A stretch of 62,292 nucleotides of DNA, the filler included. It is 6 parts of 6 records of this genome, joined end to end, with 100 filler letters (N's around TTAATTAATTAA, not from the genome) between each part and the next. Parts side by side here need not be neighbours in the genome. Positions count along the whole stretch, not along the records: positions 50,708 to 62,292 come from SRR31156797_9649; 5 more parts are not named here. One strand, 5' to 3'. Each line of letters opens with the position of its first letter. The stretch's first letter is position 1. The translations under genes were made by a program, and so were the position numbers. Positions 50,709 through 60,174 of this stretch are shown here, piece by piece. The notes below the pieces were generated by a model. The model saw nothing but the letters and a program-made list of their open reading frames with translations. It ran no database searches and had not been told where the DNA came from.

Positions 50709-52280
50709 TTAGAGGTAGGGTTTCTCTGAGTATTTTTTCTGGGGACCAACGGTGTCACCCAGCAGGGCATCCGAAGCCGGGCCGGTTGACGGGGTCAGCT
50801 CAACCCCCATGGCCTTGGCAAGGATCCTGGGAATGTCGGTGTTGTCAATGAACCCGTTGAAGAACTGGGAGCCGGCACCCTCACAGGAGAGGGGAATCAC
50901 GCTGGCCGTATGCACATAGGAGGTCCAGTTGAGCCGGGCCCTGTAGGAGACCAGCTGGGCAACGGCGATCATGGTGGGGGTGTACTCGTAACCGTAGTTG
51001 GTCTGCTCCTCATAGGGAAGTGTCTGGTTGCGGTCTTCCACCTCCATGGCCTTGGTGAGCGTAAGCTTTTCGCCCTCGGTCAGGTCGGTGAGGCCGAAAT
51101 GTTCTTCGACATGGGCGATATAGGCCTGGTGGCGCTCCGCAACATTCTTGTATTTCTTGTAGATGCCGGGATAGAGATACCAGAGAGTATCTTCGGTGGA
51201 CGCCTTGACCTTGGTGAGCTCGTTCAGCTTGAGAAAGTAGCCCTTGGAGTCGAGGCTGATCCCCATGGCCATGCCGCCGGTCTCGTGGTCCGCGGCAACA
51301 ATGATGAGGGTCTCATCCGCATGGGCCTTGTAAAACTCATAGGCCTCGGAAATGGCGGCGTCAAGAGCAAGGGTATCCCAGATGGTTGCAGCCGCGTCGT
51401 GGCAGTGGGCGGCATAGTCGATCTTCCCCCCCTCAACCATCATGAAAAACGGCTTTTCCTGGGCTTTCAGCACCTGGATTCCCTTGGCTGTCATCTCGGC
51501 AAGGGAAGGCATGGAATTTTCGATCTGGGTGCTGTTCCTGCGATCGATCTCATAGGCGATGGTGGAGTAGGCCAGGGGTGCCATGACCTTGTCCCCTTTT
51601 TTCGGCTCAAATGCCCGGAAGGCGTCCCGCCCTTTTTCGCCCACAAAGGTGGTGTACCCCTTTGCCTGGAACTCCGCGACAAGATCCCTGGCATCCTTGC
51701 GCTTGGACTTCAGTCCCTGGTCGTTGCCCTTTTTAACAAAATGGCGAAACCCGCCGCCGGCAAAATAATCAAACCCGGAATTGAGCTGGTCAACGGCGAT
51801 CTCATTCTCATTGGACCGGCTCATGTTATGGGCGGAAAAGGCCGCCGGCGTTGCATGGGTGATACGGGTGGTTGTTGCGATACCCACGGCATACCCATTG
51901 TCCCGGACCGCTTCGGCAATGGTCTTGACGTTGGTCCCGTCGGGAAGCTTCGCGATCACCCCGTTGGTGGTCTTGAATCCGGTGGCAAGGGCGGTTCCGC
52001 CCGCAGCGCTGTCCGTGACCAAGGTGTTGGCGGAATGGGTCGTGACCAGGGCCGAGCCTGAAAAGCTGTTCATCAAAAGCCTTGCATCGGGATTTTTGGT
52101 CTCCACCTTGTAAAAATACTGGGCGGCCTGGCGCTGGGCCGGGCCCATGCCGTCACCAATAAAATAAAAAACATACTTGGGGGCGTTTGCCGCAAAGACA
52201 ACCGACCCCATGAGAACCACAAAAAAACTCACCATTACATTCACAAGAATCAACCGCATTCGTTTCCTGCTCATACTCAT
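50709..52280 (-). CDS. Alkaline phosphatase (PhoA family)
   Basis: Signal peptide; IGDGMG, TDSAA, HATPA, EGGKID..AH..D and ADHETGG motifs. Confidence 0.93.
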   Translation of the reverse strand: MSMSRKRMRLILVNVMVSFFVVLMGSVVFAANAPKYVFYFIGDGMGPAQRQAAQYFYKVETKNPDARLLMNSFSGSALVTTHSANTLVTDSAAGGTALATGFKTTNGVIAKLPDGTNVKTIAEAVRDNGYAVGIATTTRITHATPAAFSAHNMSRSNENEIAVDQLNSGFDYFAGGGFRHFVKKGNDQGLKSKRKDARDLVAEFQAKGYTTFVGEKGRDAFRAFEPKKGDKVMAPLAYSTIAYEIDRRNSTQIENSMPSLAEMTAKGIQVLKAQEKPFFMMVEGGKIDYAAHCHDAAATIWDTLALDAAISEAYEFYKAHADETLIIVAADHETGGMAMGISLDSKGYFLKLNELTKVKASTEDTLWYLYPGIYKKYKNVAERHQAYIAHVEEHFGLTDLTEGEKLTLTKAMEVEDRNQTLPYEEQTNYGYEYTPTMIAVAQLVSYRARLNWTSYVHTASVIPLSCEGAGSQFFNGFIDNTDIPRILAKAMGVELTPSTGPASDALLGDTVGPQKKYSEKPYL

Positions 52281-52524
52281 CTCCTTTAAGGGTTAAATAT
52301 AAGAAATACCTGTTTGACACGCTTGTTACCGCCGGGCACCACCACGGGTGGTAACTCTTTGAAACACCGTTCAAAAAGTATAGAGTTCTATACAGAACTA
52401 TTTTGCAATCCAACTTTTGTCAATATTTTTTTATCCGCAGCGAGTTAATAATTGTTGAATTTATGATGGGTTCCCCATTTAACAGGGGCCATACGTATAG
52501 AGGAGTATACACCTATAAGACAAT

Positions 52525-52556
52525 AAAAAAGGGGACGAATCAACGTCCCCTTTTTT
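52525..52556 (-). terminator. Terminator after the permease
   Basis: AAAAAAGGGGACG/CGTCCCCTTTTTT. Confidence 0.75.
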
Positions 52557-52591
52557 ATAATCCCTACAAACCCGCACAGGCTGTGTTCGGA

Positions 52592-53656
52592 TCAGCCCTT
52601 GTTTGACCTGGGAATAAAGGTTCTAAGGATCAGGCAAAGCAGGACCAATGCCATGGCGATGGAAAAAAAACCGTGCTCCTCCAGGGAATCGTGCTGCACC
52701 CATGAGGTGATGTCGATGCCCAGCCAGCTGTAGACGACGTTGGCCGCCATGCCGATGGCAAGGGAACACAGGATGATGGAGCCAAGATAGACGCCCGTGG
52801 CCCGTTTGCCGAGGATCTTTGACACCACCGTGAGGGAGGCGGCATTGGTGGCGGGCCCTGCCAGGAGAAACACCAGGGCGGCGCCGGGGGAAAGCCCCTT
52901 CAGGGCAAGGGCGGCGGCAATGGGCGTGGAGGCCGTGGCGCACACATAAAGGGGAACGGCCACCGCCAGCATGGCCACCATGGAAAAAATGCCGTCCCCA
53001 AGGTAGCGCTCGATCAGCTGGGGAGAGAGGAATGCCGTGATAAGGCCTGCGATCACGATACCGGCAAGAAACCAGCGGCCGATATCTTCAAACAGATCGC
53101 CAAAGGCAAACTTCATGCCACGGACCAGCTTCTGGGAAAGGGTGGGAGCAACCAGTGTTTCGCCTGCACCGCAGGCGCATCCGCCCCCTCAGGTGGGGGG
53201 ATCGATAAACAAAGGCTCCATGGAAAGAGATGGCTTCTTACGCTCCAGCAGGTTGACAAACAGCCCTGTCGTGGTTGCCGTGAAAAACGCGGCCACGGGC
53301 CGCAACACCGTCATGACCGGATCCAGCAGGGCCCAGGTCACGGCCACCGAGTCCACCCCGGTCTCGGGGGTGGAGATAAGAAAGGCGGATGCCGCCCCCT
53401 TGCTCGCCCCCTGCTCCCGCAATCCGGCGGCGGCCGGCAGCACCCCGCAGCTGCAAAGGGGAAGGGGAACGCCAAAGGCCGACGCCTTCAGCACGCTTGC
53501 CGCATCACCATTGCCCAGGTGCCGTGCAACGATATCTTCGGGAACAAAGGCCTTCAAAAGCCCTGCCACCACAAATCCAAACAGAATAAAGCCGGAAGAC
53601 TCCACCAGAATCTCCCAGCATGCCACCGCGATTTTTATAACAATTGCCTCTATCAT
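52592..53656 (-). CDS. SO_0444/ArsP(DUF318)-type metal efflux permease, probable selenoprotein (Sec at codon 156, 354 aa)
   Basis: N-half (PLPLCSCGV..P, STPETGVDS) and C-half (YVCATASTP, LLAGPATN) are in the same frame, separated only by TGA 53189-53191 in PPT-U-GGGCACG. SECIS-like hairpin downstream. Confidence 0.8.
53161..53177 (-). other. Putative bacterial SECIS element
   Basis: CGCCUGC-GGU-GCAGGCG hairpin starting 11 nt after the in-frame UGA; G-first apical loop 18 nt from the UGA. Confidence 0.65.
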
Positions 53657-53697
53657 CTTACCCTCTATCCTTTAACCACAACCCAAAAGCATGAAAG

Positions 53698-53715
53698 TAT
53701 GCGTACATATTCATA
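53698..53715. promoter_or_regulatory. ArsR/SmtB operator upstream of the permease
   Basis: Minus strand TATGAATA-TG-TACGCATA; two arm mismatches from the palindrome at 54205. Confidence 0.65.
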
Positions 53716-53827
53716 CATTTTCGCCAAAAAAAGAGCAGAACGCCTGCTCACCCGGGCCCGGGTCATTCCCGGGCCGCCCCCTATTCTTTTACCATCCGAT
53801 GGCCATTCCGCCACGCAACCGGAAAGG

Positions 53828-54205
53828 TTATTCCATCACATGGTCCATCCCGTCCCGCAACAGGGAAAAGATGTGGTCGTCATCCAGGCTGTAAAAGACA
53901 TTCCTGCCCTCTTTCCTGTATTTGACGACCTTTGCCGTCCGAAGCACCCTCAGCTGATGGGATACGGCGGACTGGTTCATGTCCAGAACGTCCACGAGAT
54001 CACACACGCAAAGCTCAGCGTGCAGCAGCGCATGGAGAATCCGGATCCTTGTATGGTCTGAAAGCACCTTGAACAGATCTGCCAGATCCCGAAGGGTTTC
54101 ATCGCCGACCATACACTTTTTAACGGCGTCCACAGCTTCCTTGTGAACACAGACCGTTTTACAAAGGTCGTCTCCATCCGTATCTATATGTATCCGCTCA
54201 TTCAT
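53828..54205 (-). CDS. ArsR/SmtB (CadC/SmtB-like) metalloregulator
   Basis: N-terminal CKTVC.H, ELCVCDL, SAVSHQLR.L and alpha5 D-x-H-x10-H-x2-E site. Confidence 0.92.
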   Translation of the reverse strand: MNERIHIDTDGDDLCKTVCVHKEAVDAVKKCMVGDETLRDLADLFKVLSDHTRIRILHALLHAELCVCDLVDVLDMNQSAVSHQLRVLRTAKVVKYRKEGRNVFYSLDDDHIFSLLRDGMDHVME

Positions 54206-54246
54206 ATGAATACCTATTCATACATTCATTTATCATCATTGGTCAA
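54205..54246 (-). promoter_or_regulatory. Autoregulated promoter/operator of the ArsR/SmtB gene
   Basis: Perfect palindrome TATGAATA-CC-TATTCATA (54205-54222) abutting the ATG; TTGACC -35 at 54246-54241. Confidence 0.7.
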
Positions 54247-54288
54247 GCCTTTTATGGCTTTTTTCCCCAAAAGAGCCGGAGCGCCGAA

Positions 54289-54903
54289 TCAGCAGCGTTT
54301 CAAGACCCCCAGGGTCCGGGTGACGGACACCGGTTCAAACGCCCCGGAAGCCAGGGCCGTCTCGTAGATCTGCCGGGGCGCCTGTCCCCCCTCTGCCGGA
54401 TCGAAAAAGATATCGTGGATCACCAGAAAGCCCTGCTCCATGATGTGGGGCGACCAGAGGGCATAATCGTTGACCGCCGCCTCAAAGCTGTGGCCCCCGT
54501 CAATGAAGAGAAGGGAAAGGGGAGTGGACCACATCTTTCCCGCAACAGCGGACTCCGCCACCATGGGGATCACCGCCTGGGAAAGCCCTGCCCGGTCCAG
54601 GGTGTCCTGAAATACGCCCAGGGTATTGACCCGGTCAAGGGTTGCGTCAAACAGGTCGGGATCAAAATACTCCTCCCCGGGCTGCTGTTCTTCCGATCCC
54701 CGGTGATGGTCCACGGAAAAGAGGATGCCCCCCCGCTCCATGCAGGCCTTGCCGATGAAATAGGCCGACTTGCCGCAATAGGAGCCTATCTCAAGGCAGG
54801 GACCGAATTCCGCCGCCGCAAGGGCTGTCTCGTAAAGTTTAGTCGCTTCGTCATCCGCCATGAACCCCTTGATGGTCTCTGAAAATTTAAAATCAATTCC
54901 CAT
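54289..54903 (-). CDS. Class I SAM-dependent methyltransferase (Methyltransf_24-like)
   Basis: LEIGSYCGKS, DHHRGSEE, FIDGGHS and IHD motifs; overlaps the ftsK end. Confidence 0.85.
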   Translation of the reverse strand: MGIDFKFSETIKGFMADDEATKLYETALAAAEFGPCLEIGSYCGKSAYFIGKACMERGGILFSVDHHRGSEEQQPGEEYFDPDLFDATLDRVNTLGVFQDTLDRAGLSQAVIPMVAESAVAGKMWSTPLSLLFIDGGHSFEAAVNDYALWSPHIMEQGFLVIHDIFFDPAEGGQAPRQIYETALASGAFEPVSVTRTLGVLKRC

Positions 54904-57133
54904 AGTCTTTTACAAGTACCTCCCTCTGTTTTGCCCCCTCCTGGGGTCCGATGATTCCCTCTTTTTCCATGGTCTCGATGATCCGTGCCGCCCGGTTATA
55001 GCCGATCCTCAGATGGCGCTGGACACTTGAGATGGAGGCCTGCCGGGTCTTTGTGACCAGGGCCACGGCCTCATCGTACTTTTCGTCATACTCGGTCTCT
55101 TCATTGTCACTGCCGGGCTCCTCCGCCCGTTCGGTCACATCCTCCACATATTCCGGCGCCTGTTGCTCCTTGAGGTAGGCCGTGATCCTTGAGATTTCGG
55201 TCTCGGAAATGTAGGCCCCCTGGATTCGCTGGAGCCGTCCGGTTCCCGGCGGCAGAAAAAGCATGTCACCGTTGCCCAGAAGCCGCTCCGAACCGTTGGT
55301 GTCCAGAATGGTCCGGGAGTCGATCTTGGAAGACACCTGAAAGGATATTCGCGTGGGAAAGTTTGCCTTGATGATACCGGTGAGTACGTCCACGGAGGGC
55401 CGCTGGGTGGCCAGGATCAGGTGGATACCGGCGGCCCTTGCCATCTGGGCCAAGCGTATGAGGGCCGATTCCACATCCTTGGAGGCCACCATCATGAGAT
55501 CGGCAAACTCATCCACGATCACGACGATGTAGGGCAGTCTTTCGCCACCGCCACCGCCACCGGCCTCTTCCGTGTCCTTAAGCCCGCCCTTGTCCGCCAG
55601 CTCATTGAACTGGAGGATGTTCCGCACCCCGTTCCGGGCCAGCAGCTCATAGCGCCGCTCCATCTCCCGCACCGCCCAGAACAGGGCGTTGGTGGCCTTT
55701 TTCATGTCCGTGACCACGGGGGATATCAGGTGGGGGATACCATCGTAGACCGACAGCTCGATGCGCTTGGGATCCACCATGATAAACTTGACCTCTTCGG
55801 GCGTTGCCTTGTAAAGAAGGCTGATGATCATGGAATTGAGACCGACACTCTTTCCCGTACCCGTGGCCCCTGCGATGAGCAAATGGGGCATGCGGTCCAT
55901 GGCCGCTGCAATGGGAACGCCCACGATATCCTTGCCAAGGGCCAGGGACAATTTGGAGGCCGAGTCCGCAAATGCCGTGGAGGTGAGGATCTCCCTCAGG
56001 GTAACAAACTCCCGCTTCTCGTTGGGAATTTCCACCCCCACCACATCCTTGCCGGGAATGGGGGCAATGATACGGATACTCAAGGCGCTCAGGGCAAGAG
56101 CCAGGTCGTCGGTCAAGTTGACGATCTTGCTGATCTTCACCCCCGTGGCCGGACGGTACTCAAAAGTGGTGATAACAGGGCCGGGCAGGATCTCCACCAC
56201 CTCCCCGGAGACACCGAAATCGTTGAGCTTCTTCTCCAGGATCTCCCCTTTTTTCCGCAGCCGCTCAATGTTGACGCTCCGTTTTGACGCTTTTTTCTCG
56301 TTGAGCAGGGAGACCGGGGGAAGCTGGAATCCGGATCGTTCCCGCAAATCCCTGGGCTGGCCCGGGGCCTTCCGTGCCGGGGGCTGGGGCGCCATCTGGG
56401 TGATGACCGGCTCGGCCGGGATCACTTTTTCAAGCATCTTTTTGGGAGATTTGCGCTTCTTCAGGCGCTTGATTTCCGGTTCCGGTTCAAGGGCTTTGAT
56501 CTCAATGGTCTTGAGCCGTTTTTCCCGTTGTTCCTTCCACTGGCCGATCCGCTGTTTTCCCCGGCCGAAAAGGGTGGTTGCCTGCTTTGCCGTAAAGCGG
56601 CCAAAACGGATGAAGCACCCTTTTATAAAGAGCAGCACGGTCACCATGGAGATGCCGGTGGTGAGGACAAATCCGATAACAAAGAGCACCAGGAGAATAA
56701 TGACACAACCGGTAAGGTTGGCATATTCCAACAGAAACGAGGCAAAGGGAATTCCCAGGAGGCCTCCGGACGAGTAAGCGCTTCCCCACAGGGAATAACT
56801 CTCCCGGAACAGGGTAAGCATGCTTCCCGTGGTAAGGACCAGGAGCATCCCCCCGGCCAGGGTCATCCCGATGATCCGGTTGGACCGCCCCTGGAAGTAC
56901 CAGACGGAACAAAGCAGCATCAGCACCGGCACCCAGAACGACCCGAGGCCGAACAGGGCCACCAGCAGGCCTGACAGGTGGGCGCCCACCAGGCCGAAAC
57001 TGTTCTCGATATGATTGTGGGCCGCAAAGATGCGGGTGTTCACCGAAGGATCCACCGGGCTGTAAGAGGCAAGACTTATCGTTGTCAAGACAACGAGAAA
57101 CGCGAACAGAATGCCGGTTATCTCTTTTTTCAT
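54893..57133 (-). CDS. ftsK: DNA translocase FtsK
   Basis: N-terminal TM domain, GATGTGKS, DEFADLMM, ATQRPS and gamma domain IGYNRAAR. Confidence 0.95.
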   Translation of the reverse strand: MKKEITGILFAFLVVLTTISLASYSPVDPSVNTRIFAAHNHIENSFGLVGAHLSGLLVALFGLGSFWVPVLMLLCSVWYFQGRSNRIIGMTLAGGMLLVLTTGSMLTLFRESYSLWGSAYSSGGLLGIPFASFLLEYANLTGCVIILLVLFVIGFVLTTGISMVTVLLFIKGCFIRFGRFTAKQATTLFGRGKQRIGQWKEQREKRLKTIEIKALEPEPEIKRLKKRKSPKKMLEKVIPAEPVITQMAPQPPARKAPGQPRDLRERSGFQLPPVSLLNEKKASKRSVNIERLRKKGEILEKKLNDFGVSGEVVEILPGPVITTFEYRPATGVKISKIVNLTDDLALALSALSIRIIAPIPGKDVVGVEIPNEKREFVTLREILTSTAFADSASKLSLALGKDIVGVPIAAAMDRMPHLLIAGATGTGKSVGLNSMIISLLYKATPEEVKFIMVDPKRIELSVYDGIPHLISPVVTDMKKATNALFWAVREMERRYELLARNGVRNILQFNELADKGGLKDTEEAGGGGGGERLPYIVVIVDEFADLMMVASKDVESALIRLAQMARAAGIHLILATQRPSVDVLTGIIKANFPTRISFQVSSKIDSRTILDTNGSERLLGNGDMLFLPPGTGRLQRIQGAYISETEISRITAYLKEQQAPEYVEDVTERAEEPGSDNEETEYDEKYDEAVALVTKTRQASISSVQRHLRIGYNRAARIIETMEKEGIIGPQEGAKQREVLVKDYGN

Positions 57134-58779
57134 ACTTCGATGATGATTGGCAGAACCAAGGGCCTACGCCGGATGGTGAAAAAGAAATACTGCTTCAAGG
57201 CCTTCTGGAGTTTGGTACGGATGACATCCACCCTGGACTTGCTGCCCACCTCCACCTCTTCCACGATTTCGAGGATGACGCACTGGGCGTCGTCCACAAG
57301 GTAGCCGGTCTCGGCGCCGAACACAAACCCCTTGGAGATGAGCTCCGGACCGTAAAGCACGATGCCGGTCTCCTCGTCGATGATCATGGTGACAACCACG
57401 AGGCCGTCCTCGGAAAGGTTGCGCCGCTCCTTGAGCACGCTTCGGCCAACGTCGCCGACCCCCTTGCCGTCGATGAGCACCCTGCCGGTGTCCACCTGGC
57501 CGTCGATCCTGCCCCCGTGTTCGTCAAAAACGATCACCTTGCCGTTTTCCGCGGCCAGGACGTTTTCCCTTGGGATCCCCTGCTTTTCGGCAAGCCGTGC
57601 ATGGATGACAAGATGCCGGTACTCCCCGTGGATGGGAATGAAGTACTTGGGCTTTGTCAGGTTGATCATGAGCTTGAGCTCTTCCTGGCAGGCATGTCCG
57701 GAGACATGGACCTTGGCGACCCGGTCGTAGACCACCTCGGCCCCCCTGCGGTAGAGGTTGTTGATGATGTTGGAAATGGCCTTTTCGTTGCCGGGAATGG
57801 ATTTGGAGGACAGGATGACCGTGTCGCCCTTCTTGATATTCAAATGCTTGTGAAACCCGGTGGCCATGCGGGACAGGGCGGACATGGGCTCCCCCTGGCT
57901 GCCGGTGGTGATCACCAGGAGCTTGCTGCTCGGGCAGGTTTTGACCCGCCTGACATCCAGGCACATGTCATCGGGCCAGTCCAGGTAGCCCAGCTCCCTG
58001 GCAACGGCCACGGTCTGTTCGATACTCCGGCCGTTGAACACGATCTTGCGGTTGTTCTTCAGGGCGATATCGATGATCTGCCCGATCCTGAAGACATTGG
58101 AGGCAAACAGGGCCACGATCACCCGGCCTTCACTCTTTGCAACGATCTTGGCCAGGTTCTCCTTCACCTTCTGGTCCGACTCGGTATACCCCTCCTTCTC
58201 CACATTGGTGGAGTCGGAAAGAAGCGCCAGCACCCCCTCCTCGCCGCACTGGGAAAACCGTGAGATATCCGTGCAGTTGGACATGTCAAAGCAGTGGTTG
58301 ATCCGGAAATCCCCGGTGTGGACCACCAGGCCCACGGGGGTGCGGATGGCAAGTCCCACCACGTCCACGGTGCTGTGGCTCACCCGTATGAACTCGATCT
58401 CAAAGGGACCGATATCGATCCGGTCCGAGGGTGTGACCTGGTTCAGTTCAACCAGGTTGTGAAGGTCAAACTCCCTGAGCTTGTTCTTTACGATACTCAA
58501 GGTAAACGGCGTGCCGTACACGGGAACGGGCAATTCCTTCAGGAGATAGGAGATGGCGCCCACATGATCCTCGTGGGCATGGGTGAGCACAACCGCTTTT
58601 AACCTGTCCCTGTTCAGCCTCAGATACTCCATCTCGGGAATGACGATGTCGATGCCAAGCATGTAGTCTTCCGGGAACATGAGACCGGCGTCGATGACAA
58701 AAAGCGTGTCGTCGTACTCGACCACCATCATATTAAGGCCAATTTCACCGAGCCCCCCAAGGGGGATTATTTTCAACAT
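57130..58779 (-). CDS. rnj: Ribonuclease J
   Basis: GGLGEIG.N, THAHEDH, TGSQGEP, HVSGH and PIHGEYR motifs. Confidence 0.95.
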   Translation of the reverse strand: MLKIIPLGGLGEIGLNMMVVEYDDTLFVIDAGLMFPEDYMLGIDIVIPEMEYLRLNRDRLKAVVLTHAHEDHVGAISYLLKELPVPVYGTPFTLSIVKNKLREFDLHNLVELNQVTPSDRIDIGPFEIEFIRVSHSTVDVVGLAIRTPVGLVVHTGDFRINHCFDMSNCTDISRFSQCGEEGVLALLSDSTNVEKEGYTESDQKVKENLAKIVAKSEGRVIVALFASNVFRIGQIIDIALKNNRKIVFNGRSIEQTVAVARELGYLDWPDDMCLDVRRVKTCPSSKLLVITTGSQGEPMSALSRMATGFHKHLNIKKGDTVILSSKSIPGNEKAISNIINNLYRRGAEVVYDRVAKVHVSGHACQEELKLMINLTKPKYFIPIHGEYRHLVIHARLAEKQGIPRENVLAAENGKVIVFDEHGGRIDGQVDTGRVLIDGKGVGDVGRSVLKERRNLSEDGLVVVTMIIDEETGIVLYGPELISKGFVFGAETGYLVDDAQCVILEIVEEVEVGSKSRVDVIRTKLQKALKQYFFFTIRRRPLVLPIIIEV

Positions 58780-58797
58780 CCTAAAGATCTCCAGGGA

Positions 58798-59130
58798 TCA
58801 AATAACGATTTCAAGTTTTTCCAATACGGCATCGATCGAGCTGATGAGCCACTCCCGCTGTTGGGGGGTTGCATAGCCCATGCAGTCGCATTTGATGTTT
58901 GTTCGTATTCGCACAAGCAGTTCGCAGGCAAGGGTCGACTCGCCAAGTTCCAGGGCAAACAGGTGGGGACCGCATTTGCCGTGATCTTTCTGCAACGGGG
59001 TCAGCAAATCGCGATCCAGTTCTATCCAGTAGATCGCTCCGAGATCGCAGGGTCCGTAGTTTTCATCAAGATATTGCTTTAATCGTTCATGGTCTTGGGG
59101 TCTGAGCCCGTCAATTAGATACTGTTTCAT
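58798..59130 (-). CDS. Hypothetical protein
   Basis: 110-aa ORF (MKQYLIDGLR...KCDCMGYAT) co-oriented just upstream of rnj. Confidence 0.65.
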   Translation of the reverse strand: MKQYLIDGLRPQDHERLKQYLDENYGPCDLGAIYWIELDRDLLTPLQKDHGKCGPHLFALELGESTLACELLVRIRTNIKCDCMGYATPQQREWLISSIDAVLEKLEIVI

Positions 59131-59329
59131 AACCAGATATAAATAGCACATACCACTATATATATGCAAGATTTTATAATCGTTCACCCATTGGCCGGTG
59201 ATGGAGACCCCCTGTCTCACCCATTCTCCACACCGCCTGAAAAGGGAAACGGGGCAGGTTTATGGTATTGTGCTTTTTGCCGGAATTTGATACTCAGGCT
59301 GAGAAAAGCGTCATCAAAAGGAGAACGCC

Positions 59330-59971
59330 ATGGAACGCCCCGACGACCAAAAACAGTATTGGGACAAAAAAGCGGCAAACACGACATTCACCACGCCCCT
59401 TGCCCTTGACATTTTTAAACCCCATGTATCGCAACAGGCGACCATCCTGGATATCGGGTGCGGATACGGCCGCATCATGGACCAGCTTTGCCAACAGGGA
59501 TTCACCGGCATCGCGGGTGTAGATTTTTCCTGGGAGATGGTCAGCCTTGGGAAATCGTCCTTTCCCGGCCTGAATTTTGTCCAGGCAAGCCAGGCGCTTC
59601 CCTTCCGGGACCAAAGCGTTGACGCAGTGATCCTCATGGCGGTGCTGACCTGCATTCCGGACGACACCCGCCAGCAACGGCTCATGGACGAAATCAGCCG
59701 GGTGCTCAAAAAAAACGGCGTTCTTTACATCACCGACTTCATGATCAACACGGACCCGCGCAACCGGGAACGCTACAACCGCTGCAACAGGGGCTGCTAC
59801 GGCGTGTTCGAACTTGACGACGGCGCGCTGCTGCGCCACCACAGCCGGGATCACATGGTTCGGCTGACAAACGGGTTTGAGGAGATCCTCTTTAAGGAGA
59901 CCGTGTTTGTCACCATGCACCGGAACCGCTCAAACGGGTTTTACTATATTGGAAAGAAGCAGGGGATCTGA
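59330..59971 (+). CDS. Class I SAM-dependent methyltransferase
   Basis: ILDIGCGYG motif I; AAGGAG RBS. Confidence 0.85.
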   Translation: MERPDDQKQYWDKKAANTTFTTPLALDIFKPHVSQQATILDIGCGYGRIMDQLCQQGFTGIAGVDFSWEMVSLGKSSFPGLNFVQASQALPFRDQSVDAVILMAVLTCIPDDTRQQRLMDEISRVLKKNGVLYITDFMINTDPRNRERYNRCNRGCYGVFELDDGALLRHHSRDHMVRLTNGFEEILFKETVFVTMHRNRSNGFYYIGKKQGI

Positions 59972-60174
59972 CCGTGCACAGGATCTTCAAAACCGCGCCG
60001 GGAGCCCCCGGATCAATAAATAAAATTTTCCTTGTGTATCTCGCAAATCCATTTTATAAGAAACGTGGTCTGTCTAACAACGGACAATAACACGCAAAAT
60101 ACGATACGGATGGTCAATGGTTAGATTGGTCATCAAATTAATGCAAACTGTGCATATATAAATTAGGAGGATTT

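Noticed and set aside
50910-58263. Long plus-strand ORFs (383, 288, 317 and 393 aa)
   Set aside because: Antisense shadows of alkaline phosphatase, ftsK and rnj in GC-rich DNA; no motifs.
60108-60135. Hairpin upstream of ppaC as a fluoride riboswitch
   Set aside because: Only a simple GATGGTCAAT/ATTGGTCATC stem; the crcB pseudoknot consensus is absent.
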